A stretch of DNA of 64,000 nt from Macrostomum lignano. Its lineage: Eukaryota. Below the pieces are notes generated by a model. It searched no databases and had not been told where the DNA came from. It saw nothing but the letters and a program-made list of their open reading frames with translations. Numbering within the stretch: position 1 is the first letter of the stretch; each line of letters opens with the position of its first letter. Position numbers and translations under genes: made by a program. The DNA is taken from positions 1 to 64,000 of the forward strand of contig NIVC01000825.1 in assembly GCA_002269645.1 (NCBI GenBank). Reading direction: 5' to 3'. This document shows positions 10,331 to 23,800 of the stretch, one piece after another.

Positions 10331-13300
10331 ATGGCTGCACGAATTGTAGTTGGCAGTAAAAATCTCTGGCAATAAAAACTCCAGGAGCCGCAGCACCGCC
10401 AGCAGCGCCGTCAGTGCCCCAGCATTGACAGCATCCTAGATGACGCTCAGGCCTCTCGTCAAACATTGAAGCTGTCACCCGAGACTACCGAGTTCGCTCG
10501 CAGAAAATATGGCATCTCCAATGGCTACGCGCACTGCCGCCAGCGTCAGCAGCAGCCGCAGCCTCCGCCTCCGCCTCCAAAGTCGCCGTCGCCGCCGACA
10601 CCCGCTTCGCCGCCAGCATCCGCATCATCAGCGGTGGCGGCGACAGCGGAGCGGCCCCAGTCGCCACTGCAGCTGCTCCGAGATGAAGCGGAGGTCGCCG
10701 CACTGCAGGCGATGCTGACGCACATGCGAGCTGGGGTGCAGGCTGGCAATGAAATTCGCGAGTCGCTTGAGCAACAATTTGACAGGATTAGCAAATCCGC
10801 CGCGGCAGCCACCGCGGCGTCTCAACGCAGTCGGGTGGATGAGCGCGAGGCGAATTGGTGAGGGACTCAACCCATGGCGCACTTTAAGCAAGAGGCATTC
10901 CTGCCCATTCCGCCGACTCCCCTGAGCAGGCACAAGAGCGCGCGGATACGCACAGCACACTCACACAGGAGTGTACACAGCGGCTTTGACTTTTTTGTCG
11001 TTGGACATGTACACTTCACATGTACACTTCTGACGATTATCGTCAGACATAATCGTCAGACTTTCTAATCGTCAGACTTTCTAATCGTCAGACTTTCTAA
11101 TCGTCAGGCTTTCTAATCGTCAGACTTTCTAATCGTCAGACTTTCTAATCGTCAGACTTAATCGTCAGACTTTCTAATCGTCAGACTTTCTAATCGTCAG
11201 ACTTTCTAATCGTCAGACTTAATCGTCAGACTTTCTAATCGTCAGACTTTCTAATCGTCAGACTTTCTAATCGTCAGACTTTCTAATCGTCAGACTTTCT
11301 AATCGTCAGACTTAATCGTCAGACTTTCTAATCGTCAGGCTTTCTAATCGTCAGACTTTCTAATCGTCAGACTTTCTAATCGTCAGACTTAATCGTCAGA
11401 CTTTCTAATCGTCAGACTTTCTAATCGTCAGACTTAATCGTCAGACTTTCTAATCGTCAGACTTTCTAATCGTCAGACTTTCTAATCGTCAGACTTTCTA
11501 ATCGTCAGACTTTCTAATCGTCAGACTTAATCGTCAGGCTTTCTAATCGTCAGACTTTCTAATCGTCAGACTTTCTAATTGTCAGGCTTTCTAATCGTCA
11601 GGCTTTCTAATCGTCAGACTTTCTAATCGTTAGACTTTCTAATCGTCAGACTTTCAAATCGTCAGACTTTCTAATCGTCAGACTTAATCGTCAGACTTTC
11701 TAATCGTCAGACTTTCTAATCGTCAGACTTTCTAATCGTCAGACTTTCTAATCGTCAGACTTTCTAATCGTCAGACTTTCTAATCGTCAGACTTAATCGT
11801 CAGACTTAATCGTCAGACTTTCTAATCGTCAGACTTAATCGTCAGACTTAATCGTCAGACTTTCTAATCTTCAGACTTTCTAATCGTTAGACTTTCTAAT
11901 CGTCACTCGTGCACTCTGAGTCAGCTGCTCTGTCCTTAAACTTAAGATTTTTGAAATCAGGGATTTCAGAAGTTTACGATAACCCGCACAATGATAATCC
12001 CCACTCGTCCACCTGAAGTCCCGAGCTCGCCGCCATTGAGGCAGCCGAAGCGGCCGAACGTCGGGCGGCTGAGCGCGGCCGAGCCAACTTGTCCGAAGCC
12101 AAGCGGCTGCTGGAGTCGCTTCCTGCCCGGCCGCAGCCGCCGGACGGCGCTGACACTGATGAAGGTTGGCGCACCCTGTCGGAGCAGTTCAGCGAAGCCC
12201 GGATGGGACTGTACCGCCTAGCTGTGCAGTCCGGCCTGACCGACTGCGAGCTTAGGGAGGCCCGGCGCTTCTATGAAGCCGCTGCAGCTGCCGCCACCGC
12301 CGCTGAAGCTGCTGCTGTTGCAGCAGCCGAAGCCGCAGCCGCCGAGGCTGCAGCCGCTGAAGCCGCAGCCGCTGAAGCCGCAGCCGCCGAGGCTGCAGCC
12401 GCTGAAGCCGCAGCCGCCGAGGCTGCAGCCGCTGAAGCTGCAGCCGCCGCTGCACCGAGAGAGGTCAAAGCTGAGGTATTCTGGGATTGCCAAGTTGAAG
12501 CTTGGCTCGGGATCTGGGATGTCCCTTGAATATCTGTGTTTATATTTGAGGATCTGGAATTTCTCTTTAAGAATATCACAATAGTGTCACAGTATCGAGT
12601 TTTATAAGAATCTTGGGCTGTAGCCCAGTGGTCAGAGCGTCTGATTCACAACTGAAAGGTTGCGGGTTCGATTCCCGACCCACTCGGAACAATTTGTGTC
12701 CTTGAGCAAGACACTTAACTGCATTGCTTCAGTTCACCCAGCTGTAAAATGGGCGCCAGCATTAGCTGGGGTAATTGAGGGTGTGTGTGGCGACCCCCCA
12801 GTCCTTGGACTGAACAGCCGTACGCAGCCTTCAGATGCGCCGCGCAATAGCTGCGGCTGAGCTGTCGGTTGCACACTCGGCCATTAGGGCAGGTGTAGTC
12901 AATTATCAGTTATCTTAGATTTTCACAGTTGTCATTTCGCAGCTTGTAGATTTATCTTTTACAGAAGTGACAGATTTGAGTCACATTTTAATTTTATGGA
13001 ATATTGCTCGTATTTCCATCTAAATCCATTTTATTGCTTTTATTTGCTTTCAGGAGCCAAACAGCAGAAATGATCCTCCAGCTGTTTACGTCACTTCCGC
13101 TCTGCCAGCTGCCGTGTCCGCCCCCTCAGCCGCTGTACCCGCCCCCTCAGCCGCTGTACCCGGCCCCTCAGCCGCTGTACCCGGCCCCTCAGCCGCTGTA
13201 CCCGCCCCCTCAGCCGCTGTACCCGCCCCCTCAGCCGCTGTACCCGGCCCCTCAGCCGCTGTACCCGGCCCCTCAGCCGCTGTACCCGCCCCCTCAGCCG

Positions 13301-15573
13301 CTGTACCCGGCCCCTCAGCCGCTGTACCCGGCCTCTCAGCCGCTGTACCCGCCCCCTCAGCCGCTGTACCCGCCCCCTCAGCCGCTGTACCCGCCCCCTC
13401 AGCCGCTGTACCCGGCCCCTCAGCCGCTGTACCCGCCCCCTCAGCCGCTGTACCCGCCCCCTCAGCCGCTGTACCCGCCCAGTCCGCCCCCGGCGCAAAC
13501 AATTCAACTGACAGCGGCTGGCGCTGGCGCAAGTGTCGCGAGAAGCTTGCAACTCTGCGCGCCCAGCTGACCGACTTGATAAACGGCGCCACGCCCGAAT
13601 TGATGACCTTCAAAATGGCCATTCAGACCACGCTACAAAATCGTTTAGCCCAGTTTTGCGCCTCCGACGAGCCTCAACTGATGAGGCAGCGTCAGCAGCA
13701 GGTTAGATGGATTGCCATTAATGTGATCGCCACTTAAATATACTCCTTTAAGTAGTGAGGATCTGAATTCAAATTCTCTAAAAGAAAGTTAGCCAGAAAT
13801 TTTTTACTAAGAGCACTAAAAGTCCTTGGTACAGATAACAAAAAACTAATTGGGCCACTCGGAACATTTGCGTGTAAGCTACTTTCAGTTCAGTAGTAAG
13901 TTTAATAGAAGCATTTTAATGTATTTTAGGGCAAGAATCGGTTATTGACCCTCTTACCCCCAGGCCTCAGCTTGAACCCCTTAGACCGCACCGCGTCTTT
14001 CTCTACCCCACCCCCGCCATTCAATTTTATTGCATTTCTCCCTCCGTTTTATTGTCTTGCCATGTACATTTCAGCGCCGTTGGCTAATGTACATAACAGC
14101 TACCCCAGTAGCAAGTTGTTTACATCTGCAAGCTTGGCTTCTAAACTTATCAAAGTCAGTTCAGCTGCCTGTCTTTTATTTCATAATATAGCTTACGGTA
14201 TTCTTCCTTACTACTGAACTGAAAGTAGAAAGCTGTTTTACTAAGTATAACAAAAACCTCTTAAATTCGGAAGCGCTTAGCCATGAAAACTTCTATTGCT
14301 GATTCACGCATTCGAGCTTGTGAAGCTTCGAGCTTGTAAAGTTTCGAGCTTGTAAAGCTTCGTGCTTGTGAAGCTTCGAGCTTGTGAAGTTTCGAGCTTG
14401 TGAAGCTTCGAGCTTGTGAAGCTTCGAGCTTGTGAAACTTCGAGCTTGTAAAGCTTCGAGCTTGTAAAGCTTCGAGCTTGTGAAGCTTCGAGCTTGTGAA
14501 GTTTCGAGCTTGTGAAGCTTCGAGCTTGTGAAGCTTCGAGCTTGTGAAGCTTCGAGCTTGTGAAATCTGAGCTTGTGAAGCTTCGAGCTTGTGAAATCTG
14601 AGCTTGTGAAGCTTCGAGCTTGTGAAGCTTCGAGCTTGTGAAATCTGAGCTTGTGAAGCTTCGAGCTTGTGAAATCTGAGCTTGTGAAGCTTCGAGCTTG
14701 TGAAGCTTCGAGCTTGTAAAATCTGAGCTTGTGAAGCTTCGAGCTTGTTAAACGCCCCCATTAAAAATATTATTCCATCCAATGAATGAATTATTCCAGA
14801 CGATGCTGCTACTATTGAAGATATTCAGCATGGAGCCATTCGTGTCGTTTTATCAGCAGCGTAAAATCAGCAGCATTCGTTCGGTGCCAAACGGGGAGCA
14901 GTTCGCCATGTACACCTACTGCGAGTGCCTGCTCATGCAAGCCGAGGATCAGTTCAGCGAGCCGGCCAAGCTGCGGCCGGATGAGGAGGGCGCCGATCAC
15001 CTGTTCTGCCTGCGCATCGCCCAGAGCCTGGCCATGGCCACTGCTATGCTGTGCTCATGCAGCAAAGCTTTCCAACCAATGCTGCTCAGCTTCCTCCTAG
15101 CCGAGTGTCCCCTGCTGCTGCCGCATCCGCCCCCGCCAGACTGGGAGGCCGGCCGTGAACTGGACGATCGAGTGATGCGCTGCCGCTCTCTCGGCCGCCT
15201 CTACGCCGCCCTGTTCTGCGCTCCCCCTCTGATGGGCAGTTTCTCCCGGCCGAAAGAGTTCTCATTGAATCACATGTGGAGCCTGGCAGCCGGCTTGGTT
15301 CGCCTGTCTGCTACAGGCCGGCACAGCCACCTGCTCACGTGCGCCACTCTGCACTCGGTGCTTGAGGTCGCCGGCGCTAGCATGTGGCGCCGGTATGGCG
15401 CGCAATTTGTTAAACTGCTCCGGTCGGCGCTGAAGCTGTACGATCAGGAATCGTATTTCATTGACTCGTCAGCTGTGCTGCTGGTGCAGTATCTGCAGTT
15501 TGTACTGGCAGCTGGATTTATCACGGATCTGGGCGCCACTAGCTCAGCTTCTCAGCTCATGTCATCCGCTTGA
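10331..15573 (+). CDS. GLE1: GLE1-like mRNA export factor; exons ~10331/10385-10857, 12019-12475, 13054-13701, 14800-15573
   Basis: The last exon has RLYAAL, LNHMWSLAA, LHSVLEVAGASMWRRYGAQFVKLL and LLVQYLQ, which match the GLE1 core (RLYAAI / LNHGWRWLA / [21 protein letters not shown] / RLKQFLE). All three introns are GT-AG and phase-consistent (2,0,0). The 5' start is uncertain because of an in-frame TAA at 10373-10375. Confidence 0.8.
10873..11020 (-). mobile_element. SINE family 2, 5'-truncated copy in GLE1 intron 1
   Basis: gcgcactttaag, gaggcatt, gcccattccgccgactcccctgagcaggcac and cactcacacaggagtgtac are shared with 22954-23252 and 24761-24949. Confidence 0.75.
11037..11905. repeat. 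16-bp minisatellite (taatcgtcagactttc)n with 13-bp variants, GLE1 intron 1
   Basis: Direct tandem units. Confidence 0.95.
12300..12450 (+). repeat. Coding 15-bp repeat encoding (EAAAA)n in GLE1 exon 2
   Basis: gaagccgcagccgct and gaggctgcagccgct units are in frame within the exon. Confidence 0.8.
12615..12910 (+). mobile_element. tRNA-derived SINE (family 1) with a CORE/MIR-like central domain
   Basis: tRNA-like head with an A box (TAGCCCAGTGG) and B box (GGTTCGATTCC), but no properly pairing anticodon or acceptor stems. It is followed by gtgtccttgagcaagacacttaac...cagttcacccagctgtaaaatggg, which resembles the CORE-SINE consensus. Confidence 0.8.
13115..13480 (+). repeat. Coding 21-bp repeat encoding (PSAAVP[A/G])n in GLE1 exon 3
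   Basis: cccctcagccgctgtacccg(c/g)c units are in frame between acceptor 13053 and donor 13702. Confidence 0.75.
14313..14748. repeat. 16-bp minisatellite (cgagcttgtgaagctt)n, GLE1 intron 3
   Basis: Direct tandem units. Confidence 0.95.
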
Positions 15574-17879
15574 CTTGCAGACTTGTTTCCTTAGATTAGG
15601 TTCTACAGAGCATGGCCAAGAACGCTTAAAGTTGAGATTAGTAAATTTGATTGACGAGACTTTTTTAAGCTTTTATGGTGGCATTTGTAGAAATAATTTT
15701 TACTTATTCCCCAAAAGGCTTTTGTTTCTATAGCTCATAAATTTATTATTCATAAAATTGCATATAAAACTAAGGTATCCCTAACAGTGCCTATATGTGT
15801 TTAGTACTAATCATGTTTGAAAACGAATTCCATTTAATGCACAAATGACAAATTATAGCTTCTTTTTTTGTTTAAAGCATAATTAAAATGGTATCTATCA
15901 CTGCAATATTAACTAGACTTGCTTCAATTCGGTGAATTAAACAACGTTGTTGCCAATTGACTTAAATTGTCCTGTATTCATTTCGTTAACAAGTTTTAGG
16001 CATATCTGTTCCTTTGGATTATTGTTTGTTTCTAAAAACTTGAACTGTACTAACTACAACGATATACATTCTATGAAAATTATAAGGAAAATTCAGACGA
16101 ATAATGCCAGAACATGTAGAGTAATTGCAAGAAATTAAAAACAATGAAAATATTTTTCCGACGCATTTAATATTCAATGTAGACGTGAAGCTGGAGTCAG
16201 TGTAATTCGCACGAAATGTTAAAAGACCAAATTTTAGCTTGTACTAAAATATTTGAAGTAATTTACAAGGACATGCTTGTTAGCTAGCTACTATGCTACT
16301 AGCGGTTGTTTGTGATATACATGTAATTTTTGAATGCGAATGCATATTTATTGTTTTTTTCGGACTTTAAAGAAATAACATTAAAACAAAGTGTACGCCT
16401 TGATCTTTATTGCTTTTTGACAAATTTCAGTAATATATTAAAACTATTAAGTTTTAGTTGCATAAATAACAAAACAGGTTTTCTTCACAATTTTTACTTT
16501 ATGTAATTTATGCTTTGTCTAACATATTTAATGTGCATTATGTTTCGTATTTATGATCAATGTTTTAGTCTACATAGGACTCGAAGGCAGTAATGCAGTA
16601 TGGTGCAGGCATTCGTCGTTAAATATTTGGCAAATTAAAAAGATCGAAGTGGCTCCTTGGATGAACTTTAGACTTTACTAGCAACAAAGAATTAAAACAT
16701 TTTGCTAACGAATATAATTTATCGCTAGGTTTACTGGTTTAACAATTTTCCTGCACAGTAGACTCTATAGTCTAGCTCTAGCTAGAGGTACAAGTACACA
16801 GGTGCATGAGCTTTACTATTTTGAACGGGTCCTCTGAAACGTCTCAAAGATAACACCTTCTACACGCAAACTTTAGTAAATAATATTTTATTTCAATAAA
16901 TTATTGAAATAATGTATCTACGGGTGTCATATACATTACTTTTCCTCTAGCTTCTACAGTTGGATTATATAAAACCTACTTGGTTTTCAGATGTTATATT
17001 ATTATTATAAACAGTAAAGTAATGCTGGCATAATTTTTTGTGCTTTCAGTCTATTTTATTTTATATCCGAACAATTTATGAAATCATAATTAGATTAGAG
17101 TATCAAATAATTAATCTCTAATTCTCTATGCCATGTGTACACCTTTTTAAAATTCTAGAAGCTATTAATTAGTGGAATGACTAAACTGTATTTAAATATA
17201 GAAAAGTTTTTATTATTAAAAAATATTCTTTGATGCTCTCTTAAGCTTTTAGTAGGACAAAAGTATTTAAGTTAAAAAAGCACTATAGATAAGATATTAC
17301 TTAATGTAGCATACTCTTCTATTGTGATACAAGGACATGATTTAAACCAGGATGATTCATACTTTTTATAAATGCTGATGCGTTAAGGTTGTATTTCTTT
17401 TATGCCATTCTGCTACTTAGTCAGCTGAAAATTTAATATTAAAAGTAAATGATACTGACGCACTACTTTTCTCCATTTTAGTTTTATTGCAAACCTAAAA
17501 CCTAGGGATTCTCACTCTAAATTAAATTATCAACTCTCAAATATAAAACTTTTTTAAAGACTGCAATAACATATGGCAAAAGTTTCATTTTTAAGGTAGA
17601 ACATTGATCAATCATTTATCTTGACAATTTTTTATTTCTTTAAATAAAAATCTGTTTGATAACAATTTTAGCTACATTAATACATTTCAATACAGGCATG
17701 ATATAGAGCAAGGTATGAAGAAATATTATGCTTATGTATAGTTTTATATTTAATTTACATAGTTTTAGTAGCTTTTTGAGTTTGTTAAAAATATGAGTCT
17801 TAAAAAGAGTAGAAAGTATTCTTAATCAAGCAGTAAATTACTTTAAATCTAAAATTTGACTTCATCCGCCACTGCAGCC

Positions 17880-20800
17880 ATGCCAGTCGTGCCAAGCTAC
17901 CAGACGCGCCTGCCGCAGAAGGTCATCCCCCGCTGCGTGACTGTCGGCCGATTCGATGGCCGCTCGGACACCCTGGCTTGTGCTGCCCCGGCCGGCCGAA
18001 TCATGCTCCTCGGTCCTGGCGCCGGCGCTGGCGCCAAATCCGGTGGCTCCAGCAGCCGCGTCCTCCGCCCGGAGCCGGTGGCCGCAGCCGGCGCAGCCGA
18101 CGTGATGCTGCTGAACATGGGCCAGGCGGTGACGGCGCTGGCCGCCGGCCGGTTGGGCGAGCCGGCAACCTCACCGATGCAGGACCTACTGCTGGTCGGC
18201 AGCGCCGGCTCCTGTCTGGCTTACGATGTGCTCAACAATGCCGACGCATTTTTTCGCGACGCGCCTGACGGTGTCAGCGCCATTGTCGTTGGCAGACTTG
18301 GCCGCCAGTCCGGCGTCGGGCAGCTGGCGCTGGTTGGCGGCAACTGCTCGCTGACTGGATACGACAGGTTCGGGCTAGAAAGGGGTTTTCCGATGCTAAT
18401 TTTAGAAACGGAGATTCCCTTTGCTATTTTTAGAAACTAGACTGGTGATCTGGATAGGCTTTCCATGCTATTTTTAGAAACGGTCTGGAAATATTTTAAA
18501 CTCAAGCTCTGAAAACTATTTCCAAGAAATGAAGTGATTTTTTCCCGAGGATTGGCGTTGGCACGGATTAGTGTCGTTACTCTAAGAATCGAGTTCAGGT
18601 CCTCTGACCTAAGTGAGCTGCGCGCTTGACCCGCCTCTCCCTTCCCAGGTCGGGAAACGACGTTTTCTGGAGCGTGACTGGCGACAACGTGAGCAGCCTG
18701 TCACTGTGTGACTTTCTTGGCAGTGGCGGCAACGAGTTGCTCGTCGGTAGCGAAGACTACGAGATTCGAGTGTTTCAGGACGATGAGATTGTGCAGGAGA
18801 TCACTGAGACCGAGGTAGTCAGCTGCCTGTGCGCGATTCAGGGCCCCATGTTTGCTTACGGGCTGGCCAACGGCACTGTGGGCGTCTATGAGAGGTGATA
18901 CAGTTTCTGTTGTGATGGCTTCACTGTTCACGGGATATAAATCGCTCTTCACTGTTTACCTATCGCTATTCACTTTTCAACTTCGCTATTCACTGTTCAC
19001 ATTTCGCTATTCACTTTTCAACATCACTATTCACTGTTCACATATCGCTATTCACAGTTCACATTTCGCTATTCACTGTTCACATTTTGCTATTCACCTG
19101 TTCAGTATTCACACACATAATTATTGTTCACGAGAATATGTTCAAGTAATGACTTGTTAACGAAGAATTTTTTTCACGGAACTCTACTAACAGTAGCAGA
19201 AATCGGGTTTTTAAGTAGTGAGCAAGTTTAATTTAAGCAATTACCGCCTTATCTCTCGGTCAGATCGACCCGCCTGTGGCGCATCAAATCAAAGAACACC
19301 CCGGTGGCGGTGTTCGCTTTTGATCTGGACAGCGACGGCGTCCCCGAGCTCATCACCGGCTGGTCTAACGGAAAAATCGACGCCAGAAACTGTCGCACAG
19401 GGGAGGTCGTGTTCAAGGACCAATTTCCCAGCTCTGTGGCTGGCATTGTGGCTGCTGACTTTCGCAAGGACGGCACTAAGTTGCTGACCATCGTCAGCGT
19501 TGATGGGGAGGTGAGAGGCTGGTTTAGCGAACCTGTTCAAGACAGTGGTGCCAATCACCTGTTAGACAATAGCCTAAATCACCTGTTAGACAATAGCCCC
19601 AACCACCTGTTAAACAATAGCCCCAATCACCTGTTAGAAAATAGCCTAAATCACCTGTTAGACAATAGCCTAAATCACCTGTTAGATAATAGCCTAAATC
19701 ACCTGTTAAACAATAGCCCAAATCACCTGTTAGACAATAGCCCCAATCACCTGTTAGATAATAGCCCCAATCACCTGTTAGACAATAGCCTAAATCACAT
19801 GTTAGACAATAGCCTAAATCACCTGTTAGACAATAGCCCCAATCACCTGTTAGACAATAGCCCTAATCACCTGTTAGACAATAGCCCCAATCACCTGTTA
19901 GACAATAGCCTAAATCACCTGTTAGACAATAGCCCCAATCACCTGTTAGATAATAGCCCCAATCACCTGTTAGACAATAGCCTAAATCACCTGTTAGACA
20001 ATAGCCCCAATCACCTGTTAGACAATAGCCCCAACCACCTGTTAAACAATAGCCCCAATCACCTGTTAGAAAATAGCCTAAATCACCTGTTAGACAATAG
20101 CCTAAATCACCTGTTAGATAATAGCCTAAATCACCTGTTAAACAATAGCCCCAATCACCTGTTAGACAATAGCCCCAATCACCTGTTAGACAATAGCCCC
20201 AATCACCTGTTAGACAATAGCCCCAATCACCTGTTAGACAATAGCCCCAATCACCCGTTAGACAATAGCCCCAATCACCTGTTAGACAATAGCCCCAACC
20301 ACCTGTTAGACAATAGCCCCACTCACCTGTTAAACAATAGCCCCAATCACCTGTTAGACAATAGCCCCAACCACCCCTGTTAGACAATAGCCCCAATCAC
20401 CTGTTAGACAATAGCGTAAATCACCTGTTGGACAATAGCGCCGACCTGCAGAGAGATGCACTCCTTGATCAACAGGTTCGCTCCTTCGACCCCGTGCCCA
20501 CTCACCTGCGCGCCACCCTCCTGGAAACCACCGGCGTGGACTCGGCCAGCTCGGTGCACAGCCTCATGCAGACCAGGCAGAACTTGCAGCTCGAGTTGCA
20601 CAACTACGAGGAGAACGCCAAGGCTCAGCTGCAGCAGCAGCGGCAGCTGACTCGGACTGCGGCTCCTGCAGCTGCTGAGAAGCTCGCCGGCAGCAGCGGT
20701 GGCGGTGGCGGCATCAGCGGCTTGAGCGGAGCCGCCTCTGACACGGCATCTGCCATCCCAGCCAACACTCAGGTGAGTACGCGTCACGTTCCCTGCATGT

Positions 20801-23800
20801 CACATTCCCTACATGTCACATTCCCTGCATGTCACATTCCCTGCATGTCACATTCCCTGCATGTCACATTCCCTGCATGTCACATTCCCTACATGTCACA
20901 TTCCCTACCTGTCACATTCCCTACCTGTCACATTCCCTACATGTCACATTCCCTACATGTCACATTCCCTGCATGTCACATTCCCTACATGTCACATTCC
21001 CTACCTGTCACATTCCCTACATGTCACATTCCCTGCATGTCACATTCCCTACATGTCACATTCCCTACCTGTCACATTCCCTACCTGTCACATTCCCTAC
21101 ATGTCACATTCCCTACCTGTCACATTCCCTACATGTCACATTCCCTACCTGTCACATTCCCTACCTGTCACATTCCCTACATGTCACATTCCCTACATGT
21201 CACATTCCCTGCATGTCACATTCCCTACATGTCACATTCCCTACATGTCACATTCCCTACATGTCACATTCCCTGCATGTCACATTCCCTACATGTCACA
21301 TTCCCTACCTGTCACATTCCCTACATGTCACAATCCCACATTCCCTGTCCCGCCGCCGCAGGTGCAGACGTCCCTGTCGGTGGACCTGGCGCACAAGCCC
21401 GCGCCCTGCGTCTGCCTCCGCGTGGCCACCACCAACAGCACCGCCATCCGGGCCGTCATCGTCTTCGCCGAGGGCATCTTCGACGGCGAGAGTCACGTGA
21501 CTCACCCGCCCGCCAGCCGGCTCGGGGCCAGCCTGGACATCCCGCTGTACCCCAGCAAGTGCGCCAGCGTGGACCTGCACCTGAAGTGCCTGGTGGGCCC
21601 GCGCGGTGCCACCCAGTTCCACGTGTTCGAGACCACCCGGTCTCTGCCGCGGTTCGCCGTCTTTGCCCCCGTCGCCCCGGAGGCCGCCGCCCAGCCCGCC
21701 GGCTTCGTCCGCTTTCGCCTGCAGGAGCGGCTGCAGCGGGTGGCCATGTGGATCAACGCCAACTTCCTGCTGGCCCAGGAGGTCGACGGCAACGGCGGCC
21801 CGCTTGATTGCCGATTCGTCTCCATGGCAACCGGGGAGGCGCTGCGGCTCTGGGCGGAGAGCGACAAAATGGTTTGTTAATGGATTCTTCCTGACTCATT
21901 TCTAGCCTAACTGACTACTCCTGACTCATTTATGGCATAGCTGACTACTCCTGACTCATTTATGGCATAGCTGACTACTCCTGACTTATTTATGGCATAG
22001 CTGACTACTCCTGACTCATTTATGGCATAGCTGACTACTCCTGACTCATTTATGGCATAGCTGACTACTCCTGACTCATTTATGGCATAGCTGACTACTC
22101 CTGACTCATTTATGGCATAGCTGACTACTCCTGACTCATTTATGGCATAGCTGACTACTCCTGACTCATTTATGGCATAGCTGACTACTCCTGACTCATT
22201 TATGGCATAGCTGACTACTCCTGACTCATTTCTATTCTAGCTGACTACTCCTGACTCATTTCTGGTCTAGCTGACTACTCCTGACTCATTTCTATTCTAG
22301 CTGACTACTCCTGACTCATTTCTATTCTAGCTGACTACTCCTGACTCATTTCTGGTCTAGCTGACTACTCCTGACTCATTTCTATTCTAGCTGACTACTC
22401 CTGCCTCATTTCTATTCTAGCTGACTACTCCTGACTCATTTCTATTCTAGCTGACTACTCCTGACTCATTTCTATTCTAGCTGACTACTTCTGACTCATT
22501 TCTATTCTAGCTGACTACTCCTGACTCATTTCTATTCTAGCTGACTCTTCCTGACTCAAATGAATCATGTTTACTCTCTCTGTGTCTGGATGTGCATTTA
22601 GAAACCATTTAGATTTCACGCCAATTTTCTTACCTTTCTACTATAAGTAGTGTTCCGCGCAACTGCGCAGGTTATCGGCACGGACAACATGGAGCTGGCT
22701 GGCGAGCTGGTCACCGCCCTGGCCGGCTACCTCGGCCTGGAGGACCTGGCCTCGGAGGCCGAGTTTCCCGGGCTTGCTGACAGTCTGAAAAGTCTGGTGG
22801 ACCGAATCAGCGAGTTCGAGGCGCAGCGCCAGCGCCTCTCCGGCGATATGGCCGACAGCTCCAACCTGGTGCGCGGCCTGGTGGTGCGGGCGGAGGACGC
22901 CAGGCTATTGGGAGATTTTGTGAACTTAAAAAAGGCCTACAAGTGAGTGAGCTGAGGCATTGCCCATTCTGCCGACTCCCCTGAGCAGGCACACAAGCGC
23001 GCGGATGCGTACGCAGTCATACGCACAGGCACACACTCACACAGGAGTGTACAGCGGCCCTAACTTTATATTTATCGTTAGGCATGTACACTTCACTGTG
23101 CCTTGGGGGGTTGGCTCTCAAGGCCGTTAATTGCACGAGCAGAGCCAAGCCGAGATTCCAATTCAGCCCCAAATTAATGTGACTGCACTTGGAATCGAGC
23201 CTGGGCCGCTGGCACATCAGAACCCCGCGCCAGACAGCTGGGCTACGGCCCCGCCCCTCATCCGACGGTTGCAAAAAAATCAATTTTTTCGGAGGGATTC
23301 CGATTACAAAAATCGCTGTTAGCAGACCCTAACTTCCGGTTGCATGGGGGCTCATTTCCGGTTGCATTGGGGCTCATTTCCGGTTGCATTGGGGCTCATT
23401 TCCGGTTGCATTGGGGCTCATTTCCGGTTGCATTGGGGCTCATTTCCAGTTGCATTGGGGCTCATTTCCGGTTGCATTGGGGCTCATTTCCGGTTGCATT
23501 GGGGCTCATTTCCGGCTGCATTGGGGCTCATTTCCGGCTGCATTGGGGCTCATTTCCGGTTGCATTGGGGCTCATTTCCGGTTGCATTGGGGCTCATTTC
23601 CGGTTGCATTGGGGCTTATTTCTGGCTGCATTGGGGCTCATTTCCGGTTGCATTGGGGCTCATTTCCGGTTGCATTGGGGTTCATTTCCGGTTGAATTGG
23701 GGCTCATTTCCGGTTGAATTGGGGCTCATTTCCGGTTGCATTGGGGTTCATTTCCGGTTGAATTGGGGCTCATTTCCGGTTGCGTTGCTCCGACCGTCTC

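Noticed and set aside
12615-12690. Possible tRNA-Val(CAC) gene
   Set aside because: The anticodon and acceptor stems do not pair properly and it runs into a SINE body.
19304-21880. Treating ORFs 19304-20383, 20428-21807 and 20813-21880 as repeat-containing proteins
   Set aside because: They are BBS2 exons running into intronic arrays. Canonical splicing restores collinearity with BBS2.
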